In this document: positions 18,522-28,093 of the stretch, piece by piece
Numbering within the stretch: the first letter of the stretch is position 1
Layout: every line of letters begins with the position of its first letter
Origin: an uncultured virus (IMG/VR IMGVR_UViG_3300043099_000071)
Lineage: Duplodnaviria > Heunggongvirae > Uroviricota > Caudoviricetes
Length of the DNA stretch: 64,000 nucleotides
Direction: 5' to 3' (one strand)
IMG/VR virus record: IMGVR_UViG_3300043099_000071
The notes under the pieces: generated by a model
Database searches by the model: none
The model's input: only the letters and a program-made list of their open reading frames with translations
Told to the model about the DNA's origin: nothing
Translations under genes and position numbers: made by a program

Positions 18522-18891
18522 CCTTCTTTCTCCTCTTCCTCATAGCCTTACGTGTTAAATCCCAGTGCAGTATCCGATGGCAGTTGGAACACAGAGGTAT
18601 GCACTTCTGCTCTGCTTCTTTGATTGCCTCGGCTATGTTTCTTTGTCTCACAGCCAAGTAGTTAACAGATCGCTTACCTTCTTTGATGACATGGTGAAAG
18701 TCAATGATAGCCGGGTGCTTTTTCCGACAATGACTACACCGCTGCTTCGACTTGTACGCGATCCACTCTACTCTGTTTTTATCTCTACCCTTCCTTGCTC
18801 TCTTGATAACCTCTTGTCTGTTCCCTTCGTACCACTTCCGTGCGTACACCTTCTGCTTGGCCTTGCGTATGGCCTCGTCCTTGAATGGCAT
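18511..18891 (-). CDS. HNH endonuclease
   Basis: CSHC...DFHH...LCSNCHRILH. Confidence 0.88.
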   Translation of the reverse strand: MPFKDEAIRKAKQKVYARKWYEGNRQEVIKRARKGRDKNRVEWIAYKSKQRCSHCRKKHPAIIDFHHVIKEGKRSVNYLAVRQRNIAEAIKEAEQKCIPLCSNCHRILHWDLTRKAMRKRRKKGGD

Positions 18892-18900
18892 GAATCCCCC

Positions 18901-19326
18901 TCAGAGTCGTTTCCTCCAGTACAACGCTCTTGCGAACGAGTACGTGATCTTGGGGGTGTAAAGTCTGAAGCCGCACGAGATCAGGTTGTTGGCACTTGGT
19001 ATATTGTCGGTGGTATCCGACACAGCCCATCTATACCCATGCCTTCTAGCCCATTGAACGCGCAGTCGGATCATCTGCCGCTGAATGCCATACCCCCTGT
19101 ACGCACTCAGCACACCGCAGCGACCCAGATAGATACCATCCTCCATTTGCTGTGATGGCGACAGACAACTAAATCCTATCGGGGTAACTTTGTGATGCGC
19201 CATCCACCACACCCCGTCTTCAGGAAAGTACAGATCATCCGCCGGGAGACAGGCCTTTTGCAGCACCTTCAGTTGCCGCTTGACCCCCGGATCTGAAGCA
19301 TCGACTTGGCCGTAAGTGATCTTCAT
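18901..19326 (-). CDS. GNAT-family acetyltransferase
   Basis: GVLSAYRGYGIQRQMI acetyl-CoA motif A; NIPSANNLISCGF. Confidence 0.85.
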   Translation of the reverse strand: MKITYGQVDASDPGVKRQLKVLQKACLPADDLYFPEDGVWWMAHHKVTPIGFSCLSPSQQMEDGIYLGRCGVLSAYRGYGIQRQMIRLRVQWARRHGYRWAVSDTTDNIPSANNLISCGFRLYTPKITYSFARALYWRKRL

Positions 19327-19342
19327 ACGGCACAATTTTACC

Positions 19343-19552
19343 CTATCCTTTTAGCCCTCGCAGATGCTCCAGTTCAGTCTTCAAAGTACTCAACTCTAAT
19401 GAGAGGACTGTAGCCTCGTCGAACAGTCCCGCTCTCCGTATATTCTGCAAGGATCGCTCGACGCGCTTCTGCTGACTTTGCCCATAGCCCCAAGGGGCAG
19501 CACTCAGTTCGTCTTTCCACGCGCCGGGCGGGGACAGATTGTCCACAATCAT
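19343..19552 (-). CDS. Hypothetical protein (start uncertain)
   Basis: MIVDNLSPPGAW... ending in a coiled coil; overlaps the tail of the upstream ORF. Confidence 0.5.
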   Translation of the reverse strand: MIVDNLSPPGAWKDELSAAPWGYGQSQQKRVERSLQNIRRAGLFDEATVLSLELSTLKTELEHLRGLKG

Positions 19553-19802
19553 TGACGTTTCCGTTGCCACCCTCGGCTTTGATTCTGTCGTCATATTGTT
19601 TAATACCTCTGTACATTGCTGTAGCCATGAAATACTGCGGAACACCCCATGCTTCCACTAGATCTTTGTACCTGATCCGCTCGTCAAGTTCTCGCGCCCT
19701 ACGTTTACGCACCAACAAAAACTTGTACTGCTCAAACGTCAGCGTCAGGTTAAATCTAGTTGGCTTCGTATACTTTTTCTCCACACTCTTTTCTTGTTTC
19801 AT
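19374..19802 (-). CDS. Hypothetical, possibly DNA-binding protein
   Basis: N-terminal half looks protein-like (basic, helical); C-terminal part overlaps the next ORF. Confidence 0.45.
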   Translation of the reverse strand: MKQEKSVEKKYTKPTRFNLTLTFEQYKFLLVRKRRARELDERIRYKDLVEAWGVPQYFMATAMYRGIKQYDDRIKAEGGNGNVNDCGQSVPARRVERRTECCPLGLWAKSAEARRAILAEYTESGTVRRGYSPLIRVEYFED

Positions 19803-20043
19803 CTCGCACCAATACTAGTAATTTACACATCACGTGGGACTGCGAACGATTCTTGTTGTCGATGTCATACTGCTTGGCATACATCTCGATGATGTCCCAC
19901 CGGATGACTTCAAGACCGCCGTTGTCACCAATCTTTGCCCACACCGTCTCGCTCGGTATCTGTTTCACGTGGGTCTTGTCCACGATCAACTCAGCATACT
20001 CTGCGTCCTTCGGCGGCTTCACCGCTGCTTCTACTCTTGCCAT
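19756..20043 (-). CDS. Hypothetical protein
   Basis: 95 aa with AGGAG RBS. Confidence 0.65.
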   Translation of the reverse strand: MARVEAAVKPPKDAEYAELIVDKTHVKQIPSETVWAKIGDNGGLEVIRWDIIEMYAKQYDIDNKNRSQSHVMCKLLVLVRDETRKECGEKVYEAN

Positions 20044-20044
20044 G

Positions 20045-20716
20045 TCACATCTCCTTCGCTACTGCTAACCATTCGTCGGCATACTCTACGTTGCTCCAGT
20101 CTTTGAACCAAGGACCGCCACGGGTGAAGTGAACAGCCACGGGGTTCGGGCAATCGTTCTTCGTATGCCACCCTTCCAAGTAGTTGTATGCAATCGGCAG
20201 CGCACCAATGTGTGTCCCTGCCCACTTGAGTTGATGCAAGTACATCCCAGTGCCAATGTTGACCTGCTCCAATGTCAGGCCATGCTTCACGCTCTCGTGG
20301 CCGCAGTTGAACAGCATCAGGCTCGACCAATTCTTTCTCGGGTATTGGTGTTGTACCGCACCGTCCATCTTGGTCGTCTCTTTCGGCTTGTACCTATGCT
20401 GTACCACCATGACCGGAACGCTCGGGTCAGCGTAGTCCATGATCCCTGCTACGTCGCCTCGCCAGAGAAAGTCACAGTCCATGAACAAAGCCCATCCTTC
20501 GTATCCTGCAAGATACGGTACGAGGAAACGGGTGAAGGAGAACTCGGTGCTACTTAACGGGTCATGCTCCCGCCAATACAAACCACGCTCACGCATCTCC
20601 TGCTGCTTGATCGGCTTGATGTCGAGCCATTCGGAAGAGTTCCTAGCCAACGACTCCTTGCACACCTGATATGCAATGTCCTCACGACTGTCCCAACCGA
20701 TAAAAATTTTCATCAC
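20045..20716 (-). CDS. GT-A fold (GT8-like) glycosyltransferase
   Basis: IFIGWD, STEFSFTRF, FMDCDFL (DxD), PRKNWSS, VHFTRGGPWF. Confidence 0.88.
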   Translation of the reverse strand: MMKIFIGWDSREDIAYQVCKESLARNSSEWLDIKPIKQQEMRERGLYWREHDPLSSTEFSFTRFLVPYLAGYEGWALFMDCDFLWRGDVAGIMDYADPSVPVMVVQHRYKPKETTKMDGAVQHQYPRKNWSSLMLFNCGHESVKHGLTLEQVNIGTGMYLHQLKWAGTHIGALPIAYNYLEGWHTKNDCPNPVAVHFTRGGPWFKDWSNVEYADEWLAVAKEM

Positions 20717-22584
20717 GCCACCTCAAACAACTTCTTTCGTGCCTCGCCCTTGAAGTGCAGGATCTTGGCATCGTCGGTCTTGTGTTCAGGTAAACAACCA
20801 TACACAGACTCATTGATCTCGCTCACCCGCTCGGGATACTTCTTGGCATAGATACGTAACGCTTCTTGATCGCCATACCACTTGCGGAACTTCGGATCGA
20901 GCGCATCGTAGATCGCTAGTAAGTCCTTCCATACCTGCGGGTTCTTGGCGACGATTGTGCAGCCCACGTATGGATACACCTCGTCAATCGTCTTGCCTTC
21001 GTACTCGGAGAAGTTGATCCCACGTTGGTCAACATTGAAGATCGCGTCACGCTGAAACTCTCTTCGCAGGAACGTTACGTTCTTGTGTTGTTCCAACAAG
21101 TCTTTCACCACGATCTTATCCTGCACCAACATGTCCGTATCCAAGTACATGGTGGGAAGGATTGAACTCACGTAGATCTCGGCATACGCCTTGATTCGGT
21201 GGTAGCACAACTCTTCCCGATTAACTTCGCTCTCAACCCGGCGCGTGATGCCCATCACATCTGGTGTGGTCTTGTCCGTATACATCGTGATGAAAGCGTC
21301 AGGGTTGTGCCGTAGCAGCGACTTCACCATCTTCTGTGGCTGAGAGATGTCATCACCCACATGAAAGAAAGCAAAGTGGTTGTACGAGGGATCACGCAGC
21401 ATGTACATCCGTTCTAACTCTTCCTTGACCTGCTTCACCTGCAAGTCCCACGGTGCATTCATGTTCTCACGCTGAAAGACCCGTACCTCGGGATACCACA
21501 GGCTCCGATACCCGGCTCGATTGTTCCAGTACCACAACTTGTTGGCATCGAGCAGCATGACAGGCTTACCCATCGCAGCGGCCAGATGCACGTTGGCATT
21601 CGACGGAGAAACGATTACGTCACACAACTCCATGAGCGCAGCGACGTTCTCCAAGTCCAAGAAGGTATCGATGTGCGTCGTGATCAGGTTCGGGTGAAAG
21701 TCCTTCGCTTCATCCTGTGGCTTGCCGTACTGAAGATTGATGAACACGGTATCAGGTATGTCAAACAACGACCTGAACCCTTCCAGTCCCACAGACTTGT
21801 GCGTACCGATAGCGGGTGCAGTACTTGCCCACGATAGGCCGATCACTCGCTTGCCTTCCAACTTCAGTTCTTTCTTCAGCATACCAACCCGGTGTGGGTC
21901 AGCCTTGATGTAGCCCTCGCTGCGGGTCGGCAGGATGTCGCGCACATTGTTAATAAAGTATTTACCCATGCTTGCGATGGGGATGTGCGAGTCGTGATCC
22001 GACATCTTGACTTTGGCATTGTGCGGCAGGAACGTCACGTTCTCGGCCTTGCAGCCACGTTGCATCAGCGGAGCCAACCGCATATCAATCAAGACAACAA
22101 CGGACTCGACCTCTTTTGCCAACGCCTCGATGAGCGATGCGTAGAGAATCTGATCACCGATGCCCTGCTCCGTCCACACAATCGGACGCTTCAAGCCAAG
22201 ACCACGCTCCCACTGCGGGTGAATCGTAGAGATACGTGGGGAATTAAAAGTCTTGCTGCCCCATCGTCGCTCGTAGCCTTCCCAACCGGCTTTGAAGTCA
22301 CCCATCTGAAGAGAGAGCAGACCCAGAGTCCACGCTGTATCGTCGTTGGTCGGGTCAAGACGATTTGCTAACTCAAAATACTTCCTCGCCGGTTGCCAAC
22401 GGTGCATCTCCCAATGACATCGTCCGGTCTGCAAAGCAGATGCGACAAGAGCAGGGTGAATCTGGTTGATGTTCTCAAGGATGCCGATAGCCTCGTCATA
22501 CTTGCCTTCACCCGCCGTTGCCAAGCCCTTGTCAAAGATGGACTTCGCTGCATCTGCTAGGGTCTGCCCCTTCTTTTCACTCAC
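20713..22584 (-). CDS. TPR + GT-B (GT9-like) + GT-A glycosyltransferase fusion
   Basis: N-terminal TPR helices; EQGIGDQI, IGLSW, NLQYG, VHLAAAMGKP; C-terminal YLDTDML, YGDQEAL, ILHFKG. Confidence 0.82.
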   Translation of the reverse strand: MSEKKGQTLADAAKSIFDKGLATAGEGKYDEAIGILENINQIHPALVASALQTGRCHWEMHRWQPARKYFELANRLDPTNDDTAWTLGLLSLQMGDFKAGWEGYERRWGSKTFNSPRISTIHPQWERGLGLKRPIVWTEQGIGDQILYASLIEALAKEVESVVVLIDMRLAPLMQRGCKAENVTFLPHNAKVKMSDHDSHIPIASMGKYFINNVRDILPTRSEGYIKADPHRVGMLKKELKLEGKRVIGLSWASTAPAIGTHKSVGLEGFRSLFDIPDTVFINLQYGKPQDEAKDFHPNLITTHIDTFLDLENVAALMELCDVIVSPSNANVHLAAAMGKPVMLLDANKLWYWNNRAGYRSLWYPEVRVFQRENMNAPWDLQVKQVKEELERMYMLRDPSYNHFAFFHVGDDISQPQKMVKSLLRHNPDAFITMYTDKTTPDVMGITRRVESEVNREELCYHRIKAYAEIYVSSILPTMYLDTDMLVQDKIVVKDLLEQHKNVTFLRREFQRDAIFNVDQRGINFSEYEGKTIDEVYPYVGCTIVAKNPQVWKDLLAIYDALDPKFRKWYGDQEALRIYAKKYPERVSEINESVYGCLPEHKTDDAKILHFKGEARKKLFEVA

Positions 22585-22697
22585 CAGTAGTCCCTCCCGC
22601 TACGCTTCGCTCCCCACGCCGGGGGCGGCACGTGTGCCCATTCTTTCCTGCGAAACTCATCCGCACGTTTAAAAAAACCCAGTATCCACCTGATCAT
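22581..22697 (-). CDS. 38-aa hypothetical protein, below the ORF-track cutoff
   Basis: MIRWILGFFKRADEFRRKEWAHVPPPAWGAKRSGRDYW; ATGA and GTGA overlaps with both neighbours. Confidence 0.65.
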   Translation of the reverse strand: MIRWILGFFKRADEFRRKEWAHVPPPAWGAKRSGRDYW

Positions 22698-23335
22698 GTG
22701 GCCTCCTGCGGCACGAATTGCAGCAACGTAAACGGAAGAGATACCGCCGTCTTCCTGTCTTCACGTGGGTAGATCAGTACTCGGTTCGCACCATCCAACA
22801 TCATCGCGTTGACCACGCCCTTCTCGATGCCTTCAAAGTCGTCGAACACAAAGATGGTCTGGTCGTGGATGATCTGCGGGAAGTATTGGAAGTCGTCCTG
22901 CTGCAACCGGCCATCCAGATACAACAAATCCACACCAACCTTCTTCTCAGCCAAGTCCTTGAACATATCTGTTGAGGACTTCTTGGGGTACTGGAAGATA
23001 TTTGGTACGCCCAGATCAATGTTGTTGGAATGATCACACGTATAAATATCTACCAAACGATCCATAGCCAAGTTCATAACCATAGTAGACACGCCGATAA
23101 ACGTACCTACCTCAGCAATGACCTTCGGCTGAAAGAACTTCGCCAACTTGTACAACTCAATTGCATCATCGTAGGGAACTGATCCGGTGTTGTAGTCTGC
23201 GTCAGACCGCAACTTCTGCTGATCCTCAACGATCTTCTCGATGACCTCGTACGGGTAGTCATCCACCCGCTCATCTACGATGCCCCAGAAGATGTTGCTG
23301 AATCTTTGTCGGCCAATCTGTACCGGGTTCATCAC
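22694..23335 (-). CDS. Class I SAM-dependent methyltransferase
   Basis: AEVGTFIGVST motif I, LYLDG, VFDD. Confidence 0.8.
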   Translation of the reverse strand: MMNPVQIGRQRFSNIFWGIVDERVDDYPYEVIEKIVEDQQKLRSDADYNTGSVPYDDAIELYKLAKFFQPKVIAEVGTFIGVSTMVMNLAMDRLVDIYTCDHSNNIDLGVPNIFQYPKKSSTDMFKDLAEKKVGVDLLYLDGRLQQDDFQYFPQIIHDQTIFVFDDFEGIEKGVVNAMMLDGANRVLIYPREDRKTAVSLPFTLLQFVPQEAT

Positions 23336-23682
23336 AACACCCTCAGCACTTCGATCACGTTCTCCTTCTCGTTACGCGCAGTGATAGTGCTGCCCTTGCC
23401 CCACCAGTCCACGGCACGTGACGAGATACCGCTGACAAGTGTGTTCGGCGGGAAATGTGCAATCGGAACCTTCACCATCTGTCCCGGCAACATCTCTTTG
23501 ATGAACGGCATGTAGTGCTTGGTGATCGAACCGTGCGGGAATAAGCGAGGACGCTTATTTCTCTTCTTCGCAGCCAATTCCAAATCACCCTGCTGATGCA
23601 CCGTGCCGTCAGGCATGATGATGACGAACTTTGCACCTGTGGCTTTTAACGCAGCCAACGAACGTTCAAGTATTACTGACAT
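23332..23682 (-). CDS. Hypothetical protein
   Basis: 116 aa, translationally coupled on both sides. Confidence 0.65.
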   Translation of the reverse strand: MSVILERSLAALKATGAKFVIIMPDGTVHQQGDLELAAKKRNKRPRLFPHGSITKHYMPFIKEMLPGQMVKVPIAHFPPNTLVSGISSRAVDWWGKGSTITARNEKENVIEVLRVL

Positions 23683-24137
23683 TACGCATTCTCCCGCACA
23701 GAAATTTCACGATCTAAATACCAACGAGCCTTCTTCAAGTCCTCGATGGGATTACCCTTCTTCTCAGCACGGGTGATGTACTTCACCACGTTGCCCAGTC
23801 GATAGTTCAAATCCTTCGCCTCGATGAAGTCGATGGTCTCAACACCACCGGCCTTGTAATGCGGAGGATGGTTTACGGGGTCGGGTCTGTCTTTAATCTT
23901 GTCCAACGCATCGAGCGTGGTCTTCATCTCCTGCACCGCTTTCACAATCTTCGACGGCTCCTTTGCCTTCGCAAATACCTTGCTGACAAACTCAGAGTTC
24001 TTCCGTCTCTGCCAATTCACTTGATGAACGAGGTTTGGACTTACTCCCAACTTCTCGGCGATCTCTTTCGCCGTTAGTTCTGGGCGTGATGTAGCAAGCG
24101 CGTTAATGCGCTGCGTCTTGTTTTGCTTCTTTGCCAT
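23682..24137 (-). CDS. HTH + DUF3310 (SaV-like) protein
   Basis: LTAKEIAEKLGVS HTH; DPVNHPPHY, ETIDFIE, GNVVKY, EDLKKARWYL. Confidence 0.85.
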   Translation of the reverse strand: MAKKQNKTQRINALATSRPELTAKEIAEKLGVSPNLVHQVNWQRRKNSEFVSKVFAKAKEPSKIVKAVQEMKTTLDALDKIKDRPDPVNHPPHYKAGGVETIDFIEAKDLNYRLGNVVKYITRAEKKGNPIEDLKKARWYLDREISVRENA

Positions 24138-24414
24138 TACTCAACTCCTTGCGTAGGGTCTCTACGTTTGTTTCATCGATCACTAATGCGATGCCACCTG
24201 CTTTGCGGATGTCATCGTGGTTCTTCAACTGCAATGCGGTGGGCTTACCACCGTTCGCCTTACACTCTATACCATAGAACAAACTATCTTTACAAACTAA
24301 AAAATCTGGTGCGCCGCTGTTCCCGTATCCTCCTGTCACTGGCATCACGTAGTAGCAGCCCAGTTCATTAAGTATCTTTTTAACCTTCGCTTTGACTTTG
24401 GCTTCTGGTGTCAC
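24103..24414 (-). CDS. VRR-NUC-like nuclease / Holliday junction resolvase
   Basis: MTPEAKVK, GAPD, IECK, PTALQ, AGG motifs. Confidence 0.85.
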   Translation of the reverse strand: MTPEAKVKAKVKKILNELGCYYVMPVTGGYGNSGAPDFLVCKDSLFYGIECKANGGKPTALQLKNHDDIRKAGGIALVIDETNVETLRKELSNGKEAKQDAAH

Positions 24415-24709
24415 TCTGTGTACCTCTGTGGACTTCTTCGTACGTCTCCGGACTTAGTCGGACAATGTAAACATCAGAGTTATGGTCGGCATACATGTTG
24501 GCTCCCTTCAAACGCCGCCCGATACTTCTGTCCCTCGACCCAAACATCAGTAGTCCCAACTTATGTTTGATCTCATCCGGTAGTGTCTCGTCGGTGTAGT
24601 ACCTCGTCGTATCGGGATTGATCGACCTTGGAAACTCCACCTTGTACTTGTCTGAATCAAACGTCACGTAGACTTCCGAAAAAGCCGTATCAATTTCAGA
24701 CTGCTCCAC
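24380..24709 (-). CDS. Hypothetical protein
   Basis: 109-aa ORF filling the operon. Confidence 0.55.
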   Translation of the reverse strand: MEQSEIDTAFSEVYVTFDSDKYKVEFPRSINPDTTRYYTDETLPDEIKHKLGLLMFGSRDRSIGRRLKGANMYADHNSDVYIVRLSPETYEEVHRGTQSDTRSQSQSEG

Positions 24710-24712
24710 ACA

Positions 24713-25690
24713 TCACCCCACGTTCAACATGACTGACCGCGTGTCACCAAACTTGGTGTAAGACACACCTGTATCCACAGAGACAATAACGTCGGACTCA
24801 ACATCTGGCACGAGGTCATGTGGCTCAGTATCAAAACTCAACCGCGACTCGCGACCTTGCATGTGCATCTTGGCGTAGGTCAGGTTCGGCAGGATCGACT
24901 CCCGCATACCCTCGGGCATGTCCTCCAGACTGCGGAACATCTGCATGGGCTGCGTATCGACGATGCCATTGGGAGTCCGCGTCCCGCCTTCCAATATGTG
25001 TACCCACGAGTGAGCGATGTCCAACTGACGCACCGTGTATCCGTAGCCGGGCATGTAGTTGACCATCCACTTGCGTACACCAAACATGTCCACCATTTGC
25101 TGATTGACCTCATCGACGTTTGCTTGTCGGCGATCTCGCTCAGTCCGCACATTCTCCAGTGACTCACGCACATCCTGCGGGACATCGATGGCATTACGCT
25201 CGTTGAAGAACACCTGCACCAGTGCAGCCAAAGCCTTGCTGCCAAGCAAGTCACGATAGGTAATGCTCATCTTGCGGTCGCCGGTCAACTGCCTGTACGT
25301 CAGTCGAACATGTGCCTCGACAAAACGACGCGAGTACTCAGTCGCTGTCTCGATCTCGTACGAAAGACTCCGCAATGCCTTGCTGTCCTTCTTGAGCAAA
25401 CCCTTGGCCATGTACATGGGCTTAGTTGTCTTGACCGCAGGTTCCGCACCGTGAATGGATACTGAACTACTCACGATAGCCGCGATGATGTCCGATCCAT
25501 ACTGCGTGACCCACATAACACGGTGACCGTTGTATGCGAAGCCGACACGATGTCCGCCTTGTACATTCGTAAACGATTCAACGCGCAGGTCACTGTTCGC
25601 TGCGATGTGCAGGGCAGGGCGATACAAGTCCGTCTTCATCAGAGCGATGCGCTCGTCCTGCGGAACCCATGAAACAAATAACTTTTCCAT
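24713..25690 (-). CDS. Hypothetical protein (start MEKLFV)
   Basis: Long ORF with GAGG RBS before 25690. Confidence 0.7.
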   Translation of the reverse strand: MEKLFVSWVPQDERIALMKTDLYRPALHIAANSDLRVESFTNVQGGHRVGFAYNGHRVMWVTQYGSDIIAAIVSSSVSIHGAEPAVKTTKPMYMAKGLLKKDSKALRSLSYEIETATEYSRRFVEAHVRLTYRQLTGDRKMSITYRDLLGSKALAALVQVFFNERNAIDVPQDVRESLENVRTERDRRQANVDEVNQQMVDMFGVRKWMVNYMPGYGYTVRQLDIAHSWVHILEGGTRTPNGIVDTQPMQMFRSLEDMPEGMRESILPNLTYAKMHMQGRESRLSFDTEPHDLVPDVESDVIVSVDTGVSYTKFGDTRSVMLNVG

Positions 25691-25709
25691 CGTCGTATCC
25701 TCGTATTGA

Positions 25710-26915
25710 TTAGTCGTTGTTGTATTCGACAACCCGGCCTACCGGCGGATCGAAACTCTTGCGTCGAGTCACAACCCACAACGTCGGCGGCATACCATCC
25801 CAATCGATCTCGCTCTCGACGTAGCCATCAGTGAACACCACCACACACTCAGGCTTGAGACCTGCCTCGCGGATGTGCTTGCTGACCGATGACACGTACG
25901 TACCACCGCCACCCTCGGGGCGTAGCAAGTTAGCGATGCTGCCGTACTGGTCAGGCGTGAACACCTGCTCGGTGTGCACCATGTGATCCCACCACAACAC
26001 GCGCACCTTCTCAGGCTGCACAGACTCGACGAGTGCCTTGATCTCCGCAGCACCGTCCGCGATCTGCTCGTCGTTGATGGAGCCAGACGTATCGAACGCG
26101 AACACAATCTCACCCACCGTCTCAGCAATCGTTGTCGGCATGATGATGTCCATCGTCAGCCAACGTCGGTCGAGGCGGCGCAGCGACACGTCATCGTCCC
26201 TGCCTTGCGTCTGCGTCGAGACAAACTCACGCATCACATCTGCCCAGTCCACCTTCTGCACGAGCGAGTCAGACACGTTGCGGGGAACCTTCTGCCCCAA
26301 CTTACCGGCCAACATGCCGCCCTGCTGAATCGCTTGCTCGATGCGATTGGTGATCTCTTTGACCTGCTCGGCAGACAACTCGTCTATCTTGGACAAGTCA
26401 TGCTGATCGAGCGGCTGACCGATATCACCACCGCCACCCTTCTCCTGCTTATCCTTGAGGTCACGGTACACCTCACCGAATGACCAGTTGGCATACTTGG
26501 GGTCGTACAGCGCACCGCACGACGGCATCTCACACAGCGTCTTGTCATTGAGCGACATGATCAGCCCGTTGATGACGTAGTCCGCCGCACAGTTGGCGAG
26601 TCTGGCGTCTTCCTTCCAATACTCACGATGGCGTGGCAGGTGACGCAGGAAGATGTGACCCTTCTCGTGCATCACGACGAACCGCAACTGAGCATCGTTC
26701 TGCTTGGCGATGAACTCAGCACCGTAGAAGCAGTTGATGCCATCCGTCGCCGCCGTGGGTAGACCCTCGACGATCTCGCTGCGACCCATCACAAACACAC
26801 CTGCATACAACGTGGTCTCAGGGTGCGAGATGAGTTTGACGTGCGCCTTGGTCAGCCTGTCCTGCAACCGACCGATGTCGATGGGCTGCGTGGTTGTCTT
26901 GTGTGCGTACTGCAT
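25710..26915 (-). CDS. DUF2201-type metallopeptidase + VWA protein
   Basis: TAATDG, HEKGH (HExxH), ADYVIN; DTSGS MIDAS, GGGGT, FTDGY. Confidence 0.88.
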   Translation of the reverse strand: MQYAHKTTTQPIDIGRLQDRLTKAHVKLISHPETTLYAGVFVMGRSEIVEGLPTAATDGINCFYGAEFIAKQNDAQLRFVVMHEKGHIFLRHLPRHREYWKEDARLANCAADYVINGLIMSLNDKTLCEMPSCGALYDPKYANWSFGEVYRDLKDKQEKGGGGDIGQPLDQHDLSKIDELSAEQVKEITNRIEQAIQQGGMLAGKLGQKVPRNVSDSLVQKVDWADVMREFVSTQTQGRDDDVSLRRLDRRWLTMDIIMPTTIAETVGEIVFAFDTSGSINDEQIADGAAEIKALVESVQPEKVRVLWWDHMVHTEQVFTPDQYGSIANLLRPEGGGGTYVSSVSKHIREAGLKPECVVVFTDGYVESEIDWDGMPPTLWVVTRRKSFDPPVGRVVEYNND

Positions 26916-26925
26916 GTCCGTCTCC

Positions 26926-28041
26926 TTACCGGGCGATCCGGTAGTTCTTGACCATCCAATCTTTGACCTTGGGGTTCATCGATCCCAACTTGGCCGTGCG
27001 GGTGTTGTCCGTGATCATCGTCATGAAGACCGACTGCAACTCACGCGACTCGACACGGTTGACGTAGGTGATGGCGTTCGACAAGTCCTCTTGTGTCTGC
27101 ACGAGGTCAGCCATGTTGTACATGAGCATGAGCAACGCAGCAGGGTTCGTCGGCAGCGGCGTATCGTCTGGCTTGGTCAACGGCTTGCGCGGATCGACCA
27201 ACTCCTTCTCCAGTGCGATGAACGATGCAAGCAGACTGGCAAATGCCTGACCACAAGTACCCTCGATGGCAGCACGAGTCACATCTTCTCCAAGCACCGT
27301 CCGATTGCGTACCGCTACGTCCATCAATGCGAGGGAGCGAGGCGAGACAAACGTCACCGGGTTGGTCTTGGGGTTGAAGATGTACGGGTTCTCCTTGGCA
27401 GAGTCGCCGTCCAAGTAACTCGCCATGACTCGCGGGTTCATCGCCACACAAGCACGAGTGATCGCGCTGATGCCATTGGTCGTCGCCCAGTTATTCGCCC
27501 ACTGCTCAGCGGTTGGCTTACGCATGTGAACCTTACAGATACGATTACCAAAGTGTGCCTCGATGGTGTCGCTGATACCGTCGCTCACGTTGTTGGACGT
27601 AGCGAACACGATGCTGCCGTCAGGTAACTTCTTGTCACCGACACAACGCTCCAAGATCAGGCGAGTGAACAGCGGCTTCATCGACTTCAATACCTTGAGA
27701 GCCTCGTCGATCATGATGATCTTGGGTCGCGGGTCGTTCATGTCGATGAGCGAGGTGGTGTACTGCTCGATGCTCTGCTTCTCACGCTCGGGCATGTTCA
27801 TGAACAGGTCACCGTCACGCTTGTTGGGTGCATCGACGTAGATGTACTGGTACTTGTCCTCGGGGAAGTTGTCCTTCACATCACGCCACTTGTCGCCGTT
27901 CTCGATAGCGCACTGACGCAACACGCTCGACTTGCCCACACCCGGTTCGGAGATCAGCAGTGCAGTGACGAACTGACCAATCGTCTGGATGAGGCGCACC
28001 GCGCCACCGATATCAAGGGTCGTCGTAAGATTGATGCTCAT
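26926..28041 (-). CDS. AAA+ ATPase (MoxR/dynein-related type)
   Basis: EPGVGKS Walker A, MIDE Walker B, ATSN, NR, SPRS; adjacent to a VWA gene. Confidence 0.85.
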   Translation of the reverse strand: MSINLTTTLDIGGAVRLIQTIGQFVTALLISEPGVGKSSVLRQCAIENGDKWRDVKDNFPEDKYQYIYVDAPNKRDGDLFMNMPEREKQSIEQYTTSLIDMNDPRPKIIMIDEALKVLKSMKPLFTRLILERCVGDKKLPDGSIVFATSNNVSDGISDTIEAHFGNRICKVHMRKPTAEQWANNWATTNGISAITRACVAMNPRVMASYLDGDSAKENPYIFNPKTNPVTFVSPRSLALMDVAVRNRTVLGEDVTRAAIEGTCGQAFASLLASFIALEKELVDPRKPLTKPDDTPLPTNPAALLMLMYNMADLVQTQEDLSNAITYVNRVESRELQSVFMTMITDNTRTAKLGSMNPKVKDWMVKNYRIAR

Positions 28042-28057
28042 CGTTTAATCCTCAGTT

Positions 28058-28077
28058 GTATTACAAATTTGTAAGGC
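28058..28077. promoter_or_regulatory. Palindrome copy 1 (imperfect)
   Basis: GTATTACAAATTTGTAAGGC, just upstream of the AAA gene RBS. Confidence 0.75.
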
Positions 28078-28093
28078 AATCAGATAAATAAAA

